Assembly: GCF_009834535.1 (NCBI RefSeq)
Contig: NC_045714.1
Span: 33,914,001 to 33,978,000 of the forward strand
Length of the DNA: 64,000 bases
Reading direction: 5' to 3'
From: Camelus ferus
Lineage: Eukaryota
In this document: positions 1 through 13,300 of the stretch, in pieces
How the letters are laid out: the number at the start of each line of letters is the position of its first letter
Position numbering within the stretch: the first letter of the stretch is position 1
Notes under the pieces: model-generated
Databases searched by the model: none
Seen by the model: only the letters and a program-made list of their open reading frames with translations
What the model was told of the DNA's origin: nothing
Position numbers and translations under genes: made by a program

Positions 1-1348
1 ATAATCACAGACCTCAGTCCCCAACGGCTGACGGGTGCGATGCTCTCACATGGATCACGTGACTTCAGCCCTATCACAGCCCTGCTTGGTAGGAATTTTT
101 TACTCCATTTTACAATGAAGAATCTGAGAGCCAGGGAGGTTAAATAATTGCATCAGTCACACAGCTCAAAAAGAGCCGAAGTCTGCTGGCCTTGGAAGCT
201 GTGGTCCGACCACACAGCCTGTCCTGAACTCGCTCATTCACTCACGTCTCTCTGGGAAACCCACACCAACAGCATTAAACTCCCTGCCGGGCCAGGGCTG
301 GCCCCAGCACTGGAATCCCAGTCAAAGGCCGCAAGCGCCCCAAGAGCCTTGTTTGCTGGCCAGGCCTGGCATACAGTAGGTGCTCAGTAAGTCCTGGCTG
401 ACTGTAGATTTTGTACAGGTTTCAGTGACCAGCTCTTTGGCCATCATTCTTTCCCTGGAAAGTTTCAAAAAGAACTTTGACTTTGAAATTTCCAGAAGGT
501 AAAATGACTGAGGAGAAGGCCTTCCTGTCCCATGATTGGAAAGGGTCATGTTTTTCTAATTACCACCTGAGCTCGTGCCCAGGGCCGCTGGGGGCCGGGC
601 TGGGCCGGGCCAGGAGAGTCCTGGCCTACAGACATCATGCATTTTAGCAGCCCTGACTCTCCTTCAACAGATTCCATCTAGGACGATGACAACTGCCAGG
701 GAAATGTCAGGGACAGCTGGCATATCCTCATTCCAGGTTCGGGGCAGGGCTGTCTCGTTATAAGACACAGAGAAGCCCTCTGCCTCCGAGGTCTGACAGC
801 GTCAGCCGGTGAGGACAGGGCCAGTGTTCTCGGAAACAGGCCAATCATGCTGCCTGTGGCATCTCCTCAGAGATGTTGAGGCAAAATCGCCAGCTGGAGG
901 GAGTGTGCCCTTGCACCAAGTAATTAATAACACAAGGTCCTGCCATCAGCAAAGGCAGCGCGGCACTATGTTACTCTGTGTGAGAGCACAGGGCTGCAGG
1001 GGTGCTCCCGTGGAGGGACCGGCCCTGGCGAATGCACGGAGGCAGGGCAGCATGATGAGCCCCAAGCCTGACTCAGTCTCAGGAGCACCATTTACACAGA
1101 ACACATGGCCAACGGTGCCCGCTCTGAGCTGTGCCATGGTTGGCACTGAGTCAAGGGGGCCAGGCCGGGCTCTCCTGGCTGGAGTGGAAGGAGGAGGACC
1201 TCAGGAATGCAAGGATCCTCCGCCCTCAGCACCTCCCCAACCCCACCCCGGGAAGGAGTCTTAATTTAGAACAGGATCTGCAACTCCTGTTGATGCAAGG
1301 AAATCACCACCCAGCTTCCCGGGAAGGGCATCTCACTGAGGACTGTAC

Positions 1349-1388
1349 CTGGGTTGTGTCTCTGGTGTTCTTCTCGGGCTCGTGCAAC
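1349..1388 (-). CDS. SIRPA: SIRPA 40-nt cytoplasmic exon ([13 protein letters not shown])
   Basis: tctgtttcctttttag|GTTGCACGAGCCCGAGAAGAACACCAGAGACACAACCCAG|gtacag. In frame with the preceding 25-nt exon. Confidence 0.95.
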
Positions 1389-4300
1389 CTAAAAAGGAAA
1401 CAGACACACAGATAAAAATAGCCTCACTATCTCCAGCGCTCATGCAAATTGGTAAGAATAACATTCAGGTCCCACTTCCTATATGGGTGGAGGACATGGA
1501 TGAGCGATTCCCAACAGAAATACAACTGCTTATCAAATGTTTGGACAAATGGCTTTTCAGCAATGCACTACCTCTTTTTGTTTACCCTACATTACTGTCA
1601 AGATCTATAAAAATGATAATACTCGGTGCTGGGGCAGATGCAGTGAAACTGGCAGGTTCATACACTGCCGAGGGAGGGGCCCACCCTCAAAAGCCTTTCT
1701 GGAAGCAGCTCGGCAAAGTCAAAAGCTTGGAAGGTGTCCTCATCTTTTGACTCATAATCACACATTTTTGTGGGGGCTGGGGGGTGAAATTCAAAATATA
1801 GAAAAAGCTTTGTGCACAAAGGCATTTACTACAGAATGAGATGAGGAAAGTTGGTTTACATCTTACAGCTCTGTCAATTGGGACTGGTTAAGGAAATTAG
1901 GATAGATTTGTAGATAAAGATTTGAAAGGTTTACGAGGAGGGTTGTTTTTTCTTTATTACAAATGATTACATTAAAATGATAAGTGAAAAAGCAAAATTC
2001 TCTGTGGGATGATCTCAATTATGGAAAATGTGTGGATAACGCTGGAAAGAAACAGAGTAAAATGCTCACAGCAGTGGTCTTTGGGTGCTATTTTTTCTTC
2101 CTTTTAGTTTCCCATGTTTTCTAAATGTTCTATATTGTATACATCAAAGTCTTATCATTAAAAAAAAGAAGAGAAGGACCAAGTGTTCCGGTTGATCACA
2201 GAAGCTGTTCATGCACCTGATTCTGTAATTGGAGACTGTGGCTTGACTCACTGCAGGGTCACAGCCAAGGTGAGGAGCAAACCAGAGCTGCTGGTTCTGC
2301 AGAAGCTGTGTAAATTCTCAAGCCGGCCACTCTGGGGATGTTAGTCTGGATCATGTCAGAAACGAGCAATGGGGCTTGGCAGCGGGGTTATTCATGGATT
2401 TGGCATGAACATTTGGCTCAGAAAGCAGTTTGGGGGCATGGCGGGTCCCACGTGGCCCCAGAAACAGAGACATCGTCTGGTGGCGAAGATCACTCAGCTC
2501 CATCCACACCCTTCCCGCTTCCAACCTCTCTGGCTCCCCACTGCCTTGGGTTCAAGTTCAATGCCTTGCTCTGCTCGTAAGCCCTGTGTGGTCTGGCTTT
2601 AGGTGACTTCCCCAGGCTCATCCGCTCCCCTGCCCTCATTCACCCACTCACCCACCCACCAAACATTTCTCAACAGCTACTTGGTGCAACACACTTTATG
2701 GGTCAAGGACAGCCTTGAATGACCCCCTCACCCACTTTCCTTCTTGGTTAACCTTTGTGTATCCTTCAGCTATGGACTCAACTATGGTGTCACCTCCTGA
2801 GAAGGTGTCTCTCAGTGCTGGGCTGGCTAGGCTGCCCCTCCATGGAAACTTCAAACCTCCATGCGTATCTTGCCTTCTGGTTTGTGTGTCTGTCTGTCTG
2901 CCATGCCTCCTCACCACATGGGCACAGGTGGTCCAAAGTGACTTGGAATGCATGCCCGCCGGGCTGCCCCAGGGCCTTTGCACACTCACTTCTCCTTGCC
3001 TTTTCATCTGATTCACTCTTTCTCTTCTCTCAGAGCCTGTTTCAAATAGTCCTTTCTTGGGGACACCTCCACTGAACCCCAAACTCCATTCTCAGAAAAC
3101 TGGGCTCCTTTCTTTCAGATTAATTATCACAGACCAGAAGCAGTTACCCATTTTTCCACGTCTGTCTCTCCTCCTATCTCTCCTGTCTCAGCGAATAGCA
3201 CTTCCGTTACTCATCACTGTGCTCAAGCTAAGGAAGTGGGAACCATCTCTGATTCTCCTTCCTCCTTCTTTACCACCCACTGCAAGGCTTGCTGACTCTG
3301 CCTCCAAAATACATATCAAACCCCTCCAGTCTGTCATCTCCACCATCCCAGGTTTTAGATCCCCGAAGGGCCTTCCCTCGGGTGTCTCTGCTCTATCCCT
3401 GCCCCTTGGCACTCCATCCTCCACGTGTAAAATGCATAAGTGATGTCGCATCATTTTTCTGCTTAAAACTCTCAACTCCTTCCCACCACACAGTGAAATC
3501 CATCTCCGTGTCCTGACTGGCCCAGCCCAAGGGATCTGCCCGCCGAATGTCCTAGTCCTCCGCCTCTCTCCCCCGGCTCACTGCACTCCAGCTGCCCACG
3601 GCTCCTCCACGTTCCATGAACATGTCCAGCTGCTCCTGCCTCAGGGTCTTGGCGCCGGCCCTTCCCCCCGCCTGGTCCACTCTTGCCCCTGATGTCCCCA
3701 AGGCTCTCATTCCTCAGCTACATTCTAAATGTCACCCCCTCAGACAGCCTTCCCTGACTGCGCAACACACCCCCTCCCTGCTCTGCTCCGTGCCTGCCTT
3801 TGTTTTATTTAACCAGCACCTGCGGCACATTGCGTATTAACCTCCCAGCTTGTTTGGTAAATGCCTCCCAATGGACCACAGCCTCCACACGGGCAGACTT
3901 GGCCTGTCTCATTCACCACTGGAGTGCTGACATCTCATAATGGGCCAGTGCATCGTCAGCCTACCATGAATGTTTGTTGAATAAATGAGTGAATGAACAT
4001 CTCTCCCATCAGATCAAAAGTGCCAGGAGACCAGGCCTAGAGTCTTTTTTGCTGCTCTTTGTAATCCTTCAGCTTAAGGCCTGGCACTGAGCTATGCTCA
4101 GTCTAGATGAATAAGTGAAAGGATGAGGAAAGCCTTAAATATTCCAAGAATAAACGCAGTGAACGTCTGACAAGTGAACAAATGGCCGATCGAATGAACC
4201 CCGGTGCCCAATTAAGGGAGCAGAGACACATTTTTCTCTATCTAAGCTGCAGAAGATTACAATGTTCTGCCCAAACATTCCTAACCCAGGGAGTTGGAAA

Positions 4301-7300
4301 TAGCCAGCCCCCTCACTGGCCCTGCAGCCTGACAGGCCCTTGAGTTCAAAGTGGTGGCATCTCCACCCTGGCACCCTCCCGGGGTGCTGGGTTGTTAGCC
4401 ACAGTAACGTCCTCTGGAAAGCGTCTGATCCCAGGCAGCCGAGCCGACGCCGGCAGCTGCATGAGAAACCACCGCCGTTGCCGCTCACTAGCTATGACTT
4501 TGGTTTAGAGATGAAAGGGAGCAAGTGATCTCACGGCTCCCTCGGTAGGCTCAGGCTGGAAAAATAAAAAACAGGCGGAAAACGGTTGGCTTCTCTGGGG
4601 AAGGAGAAACAGGCAGCAGGAGGCACTGGATCAGTGACGAAGAGCCTCAGCTTCAGTGTGAGAGAAATCGGGGCTGAGCTGCAGTTCAGCACTTAGTAAA
4701 TGCGGTGGAATCTCGGGAAGGTCACCCGACTTCTCTGAGCCTCGTGTCCCTGACCACACACAGGGACAATAATCCCTGTAGGGCGGGGGTTCTCAAAGTC
4801 TGGCTCAGAAACGGCAGCATCAGCACCACCTGAGAACTTGTCAGAAACAACAAATTCTGCAGCAGAAACTTGGGGGTGGGGCCAGTAACCCGCGTTTTAA
4901 CAAGCCCTCCAGGGGATTCTGCTACACGCGCAGGTTTGAGAACCGCTGTTGAATTAAATTGGGATAATAGTAAATCATAGGGGTTTTGCGATAATTAAAT
5001 CACCAACAAGCTAAAATAGCATAGATCTGCGCCTGGAACACTCCGAATGCTCAATAAATGTTAGCTGCAGATGCTGTCTCATTATTACCGACACGGCCCT
5101 TTTCTTCCAGAAATGTATTGTCTAATTGAAGAGATAAGACATGCAAAAAATAATGACAACAAGAAAAACAAAACAACAAAACAGAGAGATTCGTCCATAT
5201 TCGGGGCTGTGAAGCCACTGACGGGGCGAGGTTTGGGGATCCAGAGAAGTTAGAGACCGGGGACTGCTGCGGTCATCTGGGATGGCATTCATTCCCTCAT
5301 TCGTTTGTTCATTCAACAAAACTTTACTGAGCACCTGTTCCAGTCCAGGCCCAGCGCCAAGTTCAGCAGCTCTTAGTGGTGACCGTGAGGGAAGTGGACC
5401 CTGCTTTCAAGAGGGTTGGGTTATACTATGGGGATCAGGGCAGAGACAGCTTCAACACATTGGGGTGTCAATGCAGGGGCACCAGGAGAGCTCGCAGGAC
5501 GGGCCTCTGCCCCTGGAGGAGGCAACACCCTCGCTGAGCCCAGAAGGAGGAGCAGGAGGTAACCAGGTGAAAGGAGGGGTGCCCGCCCTAGCGACCATGA
5601 CGCACAACTGCAGGGGGAGCTGCTGTTCAGGGCCTGTGATTGCCACCCCCTGGAGTTGTGCAGCCCCTGGGTGGTACAGGAGCAGGGGTGGGGAGGGCAC
5701 CTCAGGGAGAGAGGCCAGGGCACAAGAACGAGGAGGAGAGCAAGGATGCAGAGGGAAGGAGGGGGTGCAGGGGCGCAGCATGGCTGAGTCACGGAACACA
5801 AGCATGGGGAGTGACCGGAAGTGAAACTGTCAAGCCTGCAGGGCCAGACCATGAGGGACTGGAGGGCCCCAGGAGGCATCTGGGCTATCTCGAGAGCCAC
5901 AGGGAGCTGCTGAGGGCTTTTAGGTACAGGATCAAAGTCGGGTTTTGCCTTTGGAAAAGCGTGTACTTGGTGTGGGAAGTGTGACAGGTGAAGGCACGTT
6001 TCCCTGGGGGCAGTGAAAAGTCTGATTTGGCTGGATTGGTGGCTCTGCTTGTTCAGGGGAAGGGGAGGCTGGAGGTTGGCCAGGGCTCAGAAAAGGAGGC
6101 CACCTGTGGAGGTCAGATCAGAAAGCGGGGCTTTCTCCTATGGGTACCACAGACTCCACTGCTGGGCAGGAGGGACGCACAGGGCTTCCCAGGGCCCCTC
6201 AGATGGTTAGATGCTCCTGCTATGTGCAACCACCATGCCAAGCATTTCCCCATCACTACACCCATCACCTGCTGCCCCCAACACAGGACATAGCACCACC
6301 GTGCCCCTAACCTTGGGCTTGTCCTTGACCCTGCAACCCATTGGCAAATCCTCTTAGCTCTGCCTCCAAAAAATATCCAGAATCTGATCATTTCTAAGCG
6401 CTTCCCATCACCCTGGTCCAGGCCACCATCATCTGCTTGGACCATCACAGCAGCCTCCTCTTTAGCCTCTCTGCCTCCACCCTCACCTCCTATAACTTGG
6501 CTCCCACACAGTGGTCAGGGTGATACTTTTAAAACAAAGTCAGATCATCTCCCTCCTATGCCTCCTCATCCAACTGGGAATAAACTCCTGAGTCCTAATA
6601 GCCACAGGTCATACATAGACCACTGGCTTCCACTCCAGGTCATCAGTCAGAATTGCTTTGCAATTCTGAAATCCACAAAGCTCTAAAACAAAATCAAAAG
6701 ATTTGCAAAAACCCATTTGGTTGCAAAACCTGACCTGAATCCACATGAAGCTATTTACAGTTTGTATTTATTGGCCTCAGTGAGGATGTGCACGTTTCCA
6801 CGCAGGCACATTCACGTGGTAGATGATGGGGCACTGCCTCTACTCTGCAGGGGGTGCACGCTGAGGGGGGTCCCCAAAGCAGAAAAGTCAGGGTTAGTAA
6901 CTCATCCGCTGCATGGGCTTCACTCAGTGACCGTGGGCCTGCGCCTCCTGATCTCATCCCTTCCCTCCCCCTCGTTCCTTCTGCCCCACTGCTCCCCGAT
7001 CCTCCTGGCACTTCCCACCTCAAGCATTCACCTCACCTGCTCTCCCGCCCAGCACGCACCCCCTCACAGCTCCCCAGCTTCAGGTCTCTGTTCATGTCCC
7101 CTCTTCAGCGGAAGCCTCTCCCCTGCTGCCCCCCAACCCCCAGCCTCCACCCCCTCGATGTGTCTGATTTGTCACCACTTGACAGGACACGCCGTATTGT
7201 TTCACCTCCACGCTTACTGCCTGCTTCTCTCACCAGTGTCTGAGCCTCATGAGGGCCCAGACTGACTCCTGTTCACTGCTGTATCCTCAGCACTCAGAAC

Positions 7301-10300
7301 AGAGCTGGTGCCCAGGAGGGACTCGGCAGAAGTCACCGAGAGCATGAATCAACAAACTAATGTACCGCCTGCGATGTGATGTCACTGCCTTAGCCTCTGA
7401 CCAGGGCACAGGCTTCAGAAGGGCCAAGATGCTTCTACCCATCCACGCCAGCATTCCCAGGGCCACCTGTGCCAGGGCACTCAATAAATCCTTAACGAAT
7501 GAAGGAAAGAGCAAAGTAGACAACATGGAATGGGGGGGGGCGCGGCACGTGCAGGGTCTCAGTGTCTATGGACAGCGGGCAAGAAGTCAGCGCCGTCGTG
7601 TGCTGAAACCCCCTCCCTTGAGACAGTCATTAAAGACGGACCTGACGCGAGGAGCTTACAAAGGGAAGAAATGGAAAGGCTGACCGGCACAGGGTGAGGG
7701 TCAGTGGGTGTGGATTATTCTTTGCAGTTTTGGGAGGAGCTGTCCAACAACCAAGTAGTAACTGCAAAAGCACCCCTAGCACAGTGATGCCCTTACCTTG
7801 TAGAAGAAGTGGAGCCCTTGGCTGAAAGAGAAAAGAAACAAAAGCCAGTCATTTAACCTAGAAACACAGTTTTGTCATATAACTTTGTTTTTGCAGGGTT
7901 GTGGCGGGGAGAAGTTTGCCTGCAGGGATATTGGGAGGGATGGTTGAAATCACATCCTCCCAACCACAGGAAACCCCATGCCCACCCCGGGGTGGGGGGG
8001 GGGGGTGTCCATTATCCTCTGTGGAGGAAGATCAGTGAGCTGGGTCTTCCTGCTTCCCCACCTCTGGGAGTTGCCAAAGGTCAGATCCCAAAGCAGCCTT
8101 TGGCCTGGGAGAGGCCAACTGCCCCACCGCTGTCTGAGCCTCACTTCCATCCACCACACACCTTACCTGAAACCCTCCAGCAAGCCTGGGTCCCCATCAG
8201 GGCCCTTCACTGCTGGAGAACAGGCTCTAACAGGACTACTAGGTGGGGGCAAGGGGGGGAGCAAGAGTGAATCCCACTTCTGACACCAACTCACTTGCTG
8301 TGTGAGCCTGGGTGGCTCGTTTCACCTCTCTGAGCTTGGATTTCAGTGCTCTAACTCACAGGGTTGGGCTGGACATTCATTTGCATCCCACCACTTTCCA
8401 AAAAAGGATTTTGGGAGGAAAGAAAAGGTCCATCTGGCTCAGAGATTTTAGGCCTGTGATATGGGGCATCCCACAGAGAAGCCACTGGGGTTCAGCCACC
8501 ATTTGACTCTCATTTTGCTGTAAAATTGTAATTAAAAAGCAACAAGCACTGGCGAATGTGCTCTGCACCACATTTTAACAGGCTGGAGGCTGCCACGATG
8601 CAAGAATGCTTACTGCCAGATGAATGCTTGGTGCCCGGGCAGTACTGGAGTTTTAGGTGAGTGGTACCAGTTAGCAAGCCTGAAGCTCAGCATCTAACAT
8701 TTGAATGCAGGCTGATGGGCTGTCAAGTGCTGGGACACAAGTCATCACATAGAACCCAATGGTGGGACAGTGATCACCCCTATTTTACACTGAAGACACT
8801 GGATGACTCCATCAGGTCACAGAGCTGGTAAGTGACAGAGTTGAAATTAGGATATTTCACTGCAAGTACTAAGGTAGAGGATGAACAGTCCCCTCCAGGG
8901 ACCAATGAGGGAGAAGAGGTGTCTCACTGGGGGGAGGGGATGTGCAGAGCGGTCTCAAACATGGCCCCTGGAGAACCACTGCCCAGGTTTGAATCCTAGC
9001 CTCCGCACCCACCAGTTGGGAGGCCCTAAGCAAGTTTTACAACTTCCTCATGCCTCAGTTTTCTCATCTGTGAAGTGGGGTCAGGTCTGTGGTGAGAACG
9101 GTGTCGGGCACATCAGAAGAGCCAGGTGAGTGCTAGTTGTCACTGTCACTAGAGCCTACGTTTGAGAGATGGCCTCTGCACACAAGCAGACCCACCACTT
9201 GGGGTGGCCTTCACCGGCGTCTGAAGCTCTTCAACCCCCAATTCCTCCTCCAGAACACAAATTGCCGATGCCTCTGCCCACACTAATGAGCTCACATGTG
9301 CCAGAGCCTGACGTGGTGCCCAGGGGTGAGGCTCCAAAGGGAGCTGGGGTTTCACTGACACTATGGATGCTCCATCGAAGGGCTGGCTCGTCACCCTTGG
9401 TGAGCAAGGGATCCTGCCTCCCCACCGAAGGAGAAGTCCTTCCTGTGTCGGCGGGGGTGCTCTAGGAACATTAGGGAAACCACATAGTAGGCAGAATCTT
9501 GTCCAGATTCCAGAGATGTGGGGCCTGACAGCAGCCCTCCTGGACGGGAGCTTAAAGCTCAGTCCTTCCAGCCAGCCCAGCAGGGAGGGAAACTCAAGGG
9601 GCAGAGAAGAGGGGGTGCCGGAGGGCTGATGCACAGCATGCTTGTCGAGCTCAGCCCGCAAGTCCGGGCGCAGAAGCGTAGCTCAGGACAGCACTTTGCA
9701 GGCTGCGGCACGTGGTGGGTGACAACCAGCATTTTAAAGAGAGTATAGTATAAAATATGACAAAAAAGAAAATATCAGAGTTCCAATTTTATATATGGGA
9801 TGTGTGTGTGCATTAGGGTGAGGCATGAAATGTATTTCTATCACTTGTAGCCAAATAAGTTTCAGAAACACTGGCTTAAAATTGTCTCCTCCAAGAGTGG
9901 GAAAGAGGACATGTATTTTTTTCGAGTCTGAGAATGTGTCAGAGCTGCTGTTTCATATGGGCTTATTGGTTTCATAACCATCCTCCCAGGCCAGCACTGC
10001 TACACCCATTTTATAGGTGAAGAAACTGAGGCTCGTGGAGGCCAAAAGGATTGTTTATAGAGTATATACAAGGGTCTGGAGGCCTGGTTCAACTGACTCC
10101 AAAGTCAGAGGCCTGGCCACAGCAACAACTACACACACCCATCCCCCCTACACACACAGACACACCCACACTCACCCACATGCATGCAAACAAGGGGACA
10201 ATGTCTTGGATTTGAACTTGTACGTCCCTGCTGAGGAGTCAAAAGCCACACACCTTGCCACTATGAGGAGAGCTTTCCAGGGAGGAGGTTCTTGTTTCTG

Positions 10301-13300
10301 GGCTCATGTACAATACTGATGACAGGAGTTAACATTTATTGAGCACTTGCTGTATGCCAAGCACTTTCCAAACACTGTACCCGGAATCACCCATTTAAAT
10401 CCTCCCAAAGACCTTGGAGGCCGGTGTTGGTATCCCTGCTCTCTCCCAGCCTCCTGCCGGGGGCTGGGCATGTAGCCTGGACAGGTAAGAGGGAAGCAGA
10501 AGTTTGCCAGGGGCCCCTGGGAAACACTGTTCCTCCCTGAGACTCTCTCACCACCATGGCAGCTCCTTGCTTTCCACCTCGGTAGCAATCCCATGGGGAC
10601 GTGAGGTCTGGAGCAGTGATGGCCATCTTGCAACCACAAGGGGAAGGCCAAGTGGGGGGCCCACCCAGATCCCAGCCTGGTGGAGGGGCCACACAGCCCT
10701 GGCACCGCTACCTCTGGACTTGTTACTGGGAGTAACTGGACGTCCTTCTGGCTTAAGCTACATGTAGCCCAAAGCAGAGGCCTCCCCCTCTGGGAAGGAC
10801 AGCCCAGGGGCAAAGTCTTGGGGAGGCAGCGGGGAATCCACTTACCTTTCTTCTGTCTGACTCGGAGGAGGTAGAGGGCCGCGATCAGCAGGGCCACCAG
10901 CAAGGCACATACCACGCCCACCGCGATAAAGATACTGTGCCAGTTGTCAGGCTTGTCTAGGACCACACAAAACAGAGGCATCACGTAGGAGATGTAAAAC
11001 AAAGAAGATAAAAACCCACTGTCCCTTTCCACTACGAGACAGGCATCATTAACTGAGAACCTCTGGCTCGGACATTTTGGGCCTCGTGGGCACCTTCCTG
11101 GGTCTGCACACACCTCCCCTTGAGGGTCCCCCACGGGCAGCACAAACACCAGGCCAAGACGCCAGGAGGGATGTGCTGCCAAAGGCCACGGAGGAGCCCC
11201 GGCTGCAGGATGTGGGCGGGAGTCTCCCTCCCGAGGAACAGAAGCCTGTTCGCCCTCATCCGAGTGAGCCAGGCACTGCCGCCCTGGTGACACAGGTCTA
11301 CCAAAACTCCAAAAAGGCATCACACGCACAGCGGGAAGGGGTGGTGAGGAATGGTGGTCGTGCTATTGGACTCTGCATAGCTCCAAAGATGTGCACTGGT
11401 CTGCGCCCGGGACCTGGACACGGGAGTGCCGAACCCAGGACACTTGGATTGGAGACAGTGAGGATGGGGCTGGCATCGGGGCACAGGGAGGGGATCTTAC
11501 GTAAGAGGGCAGGGCTCTGAGCTGCAGAAATGCAGGTTCCAATAAATGCCCCTCATGTGTGACCCCAAGAAGCTTATTTAAACCCCTCTCCACATACTGG
11601 CTTCCTCACGTGTTACTGAGGCCAATTATAATCTCTACCTCACTGGATAGCTCTGAGGATTACCTCACTAACTAACCAATCAACCATCTCACTCGTCCTT
11701 TCTAAAAGTATTCCTTGAGTGTCTACTATTCCTTGTGCCTAGCCCTAAAGCTACGATGCTGAGACAGCCAGGGTCCTGGCAGCTTGGGTCGTCTCCTTCA
11801 ACACCGCCAGGGGCAGGCAGAGCAGCCCTGACAGAGGTACTGACTCGTCCTAGCTCCCCAGGACTGTGACAGCCAGAGTGGGTCCACACAGCCTGCCTCC
11901 CAGCACAAGGCTCGTCCTGTGAACACCAGCCATTGGTGACATCCAAGGGCACCCTGACAATGGCCCCAAGGCTTCTTCAGAGCTATTCCCTTGAAGGATG
12001 CATGAAGGAAGGACATGGCCTCTATGCTAATCCATTCAAAGAGTCTGCTACGTACAAGGGTTCAGGTGATGGAAACTTCCAGAGAGACACCAACTACGTG
12101 CTGCCATGTTGAAAAAGAAGAGAGATAACACCAACAACAGGCTGGAAGGGGGCTGAGAAAATGACACCCTGACACCTGTCACTCTCTCACACGGGCACGC
12201 ACTTTGGCCTAGACATGCCCCTTGGGAAGTCATCCCACAGAAGTAGCTACATGTGTAACAGAATACGTCCCAGGATGTTTAGTGCAGCCTTGATTATATT
12301 TGCGATAAGCCACCGACACCCTGCAGCCCCGGCCCCGCTCCCAGCAGGGCACCCTTGCGATGGCAGCCAGCGAGGCCAGGCAGAGGTAGGAAGGAGCAAG
12401 GCAGAGGGAGGCGGGCAGATGGGGAACGGTGACCGTGATCTTTGCTAGTAGAAGAAAGCAAGAGAAAGGACAGGATGCTCTCCCTCCTTCCCTGCTTCCT
12501 TTCTTTAATGTGTAATTATTAAATTCAAAAGATCTATAAAGAATGTACCAAACCGTTACCAGTGGTACTCTTGGAGTGTGGGATTTGGGGGAAGGGAGCT
12601 CATTTTAAAATTCTGTATCCACTGACTTCTAGACTGTTCTATAATAAGCATGAGTTACTACTTTTAACATTAAAAACAAAAGTTAAGAGCCAGGTGAGTT
12701 GGAGTGGAGGCCTCACCAGGGTGTTCATGTGTGTCCTGGTCCTTCTGGGGAGCAGAGGCCTCCAGGGTGAGGTTGGCGCTGACCGCCTGCTGCCCGTCAT
12801 GCTCCACCCGGCAGGACAGCACCTCCCCTCTGTGGGCAGACGAGTTCACCAGGAGCCAGCTCGTCCGGTTAAAGGTCCCGTCCTTGTTCTCCGTGAAGGT
12901 CGACGCCGTTTCTATCCGGGACACGTTTCCATTCTCCACCCAGCTCAGCTGGAGGTCTCGGGGGTAGAACTGCTTCGCCTGGCAGGTGACGTTCACCTGG
13001 GTCCCTGCCATGGGCTGTTGGGTGACCTCCAAGGTGGGCGGAACTGAAACAGCACAGGGCAGGAGCTCTGACCTTGTGGAACAGAGAGGTCACAGGGCAG
13101 GGGCTGGAGAGCAGCTCCCAGCCCAGCAAGGGGGTGCCTGAGGACAGAGCCAGGCATGCAGCAGGTGCTCAAACACTGAGTGTGCAATTTGCATATCAAT
13201 GAGATCCTAAGCACAGTGCAGGGCACACAGCAGGTGCTCAAGGACTGGTTGCTCCTGTTAGGGTTATAATGTGGGGAATCAGTAAGCAACTGGCATGCAG

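Noticed and set aside
1-1336. Search for the final ITIM/ITSM exon (ITYADL / TEYASI / LTYADL / SEYASV)
   Set aside because: No such motifs found on the minus strand here. The exon is expected left of the window, so this is not evidence of truncation.
10304-11329. 341-aa minus-strand ORF as a standalone gene
   Set aside because: Only the 37-codon TM exon, bounded by canonical splice sites, is protein-like; the flanks are intronic and run into a MIR.
12062-12152. Apparent relic of a SIRP-beta/gamma-type TM exon in the intron before the TM exon (minus strand [14 protein letters not shown]...VVGVS...TGA)
   Set aside because: It is frameshifted and in the wrong splice phase. The same bases are better explained as the antisense of an old L1 ORF2 fragment (GAGACACCAACTAC resembles L1 GAGATACCACTAC, with more L1 motifs downstream). 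Antisense of A-rich L1 naturally gives Leu/Phe/Val-rich translations.
13187-13194. Perfect octamer ATTTGCAT between the two IgC1 exons
   Set aside because: A single 8-mer is expected about twice by chance in 64 kb on both strands, and there is no supporting context.
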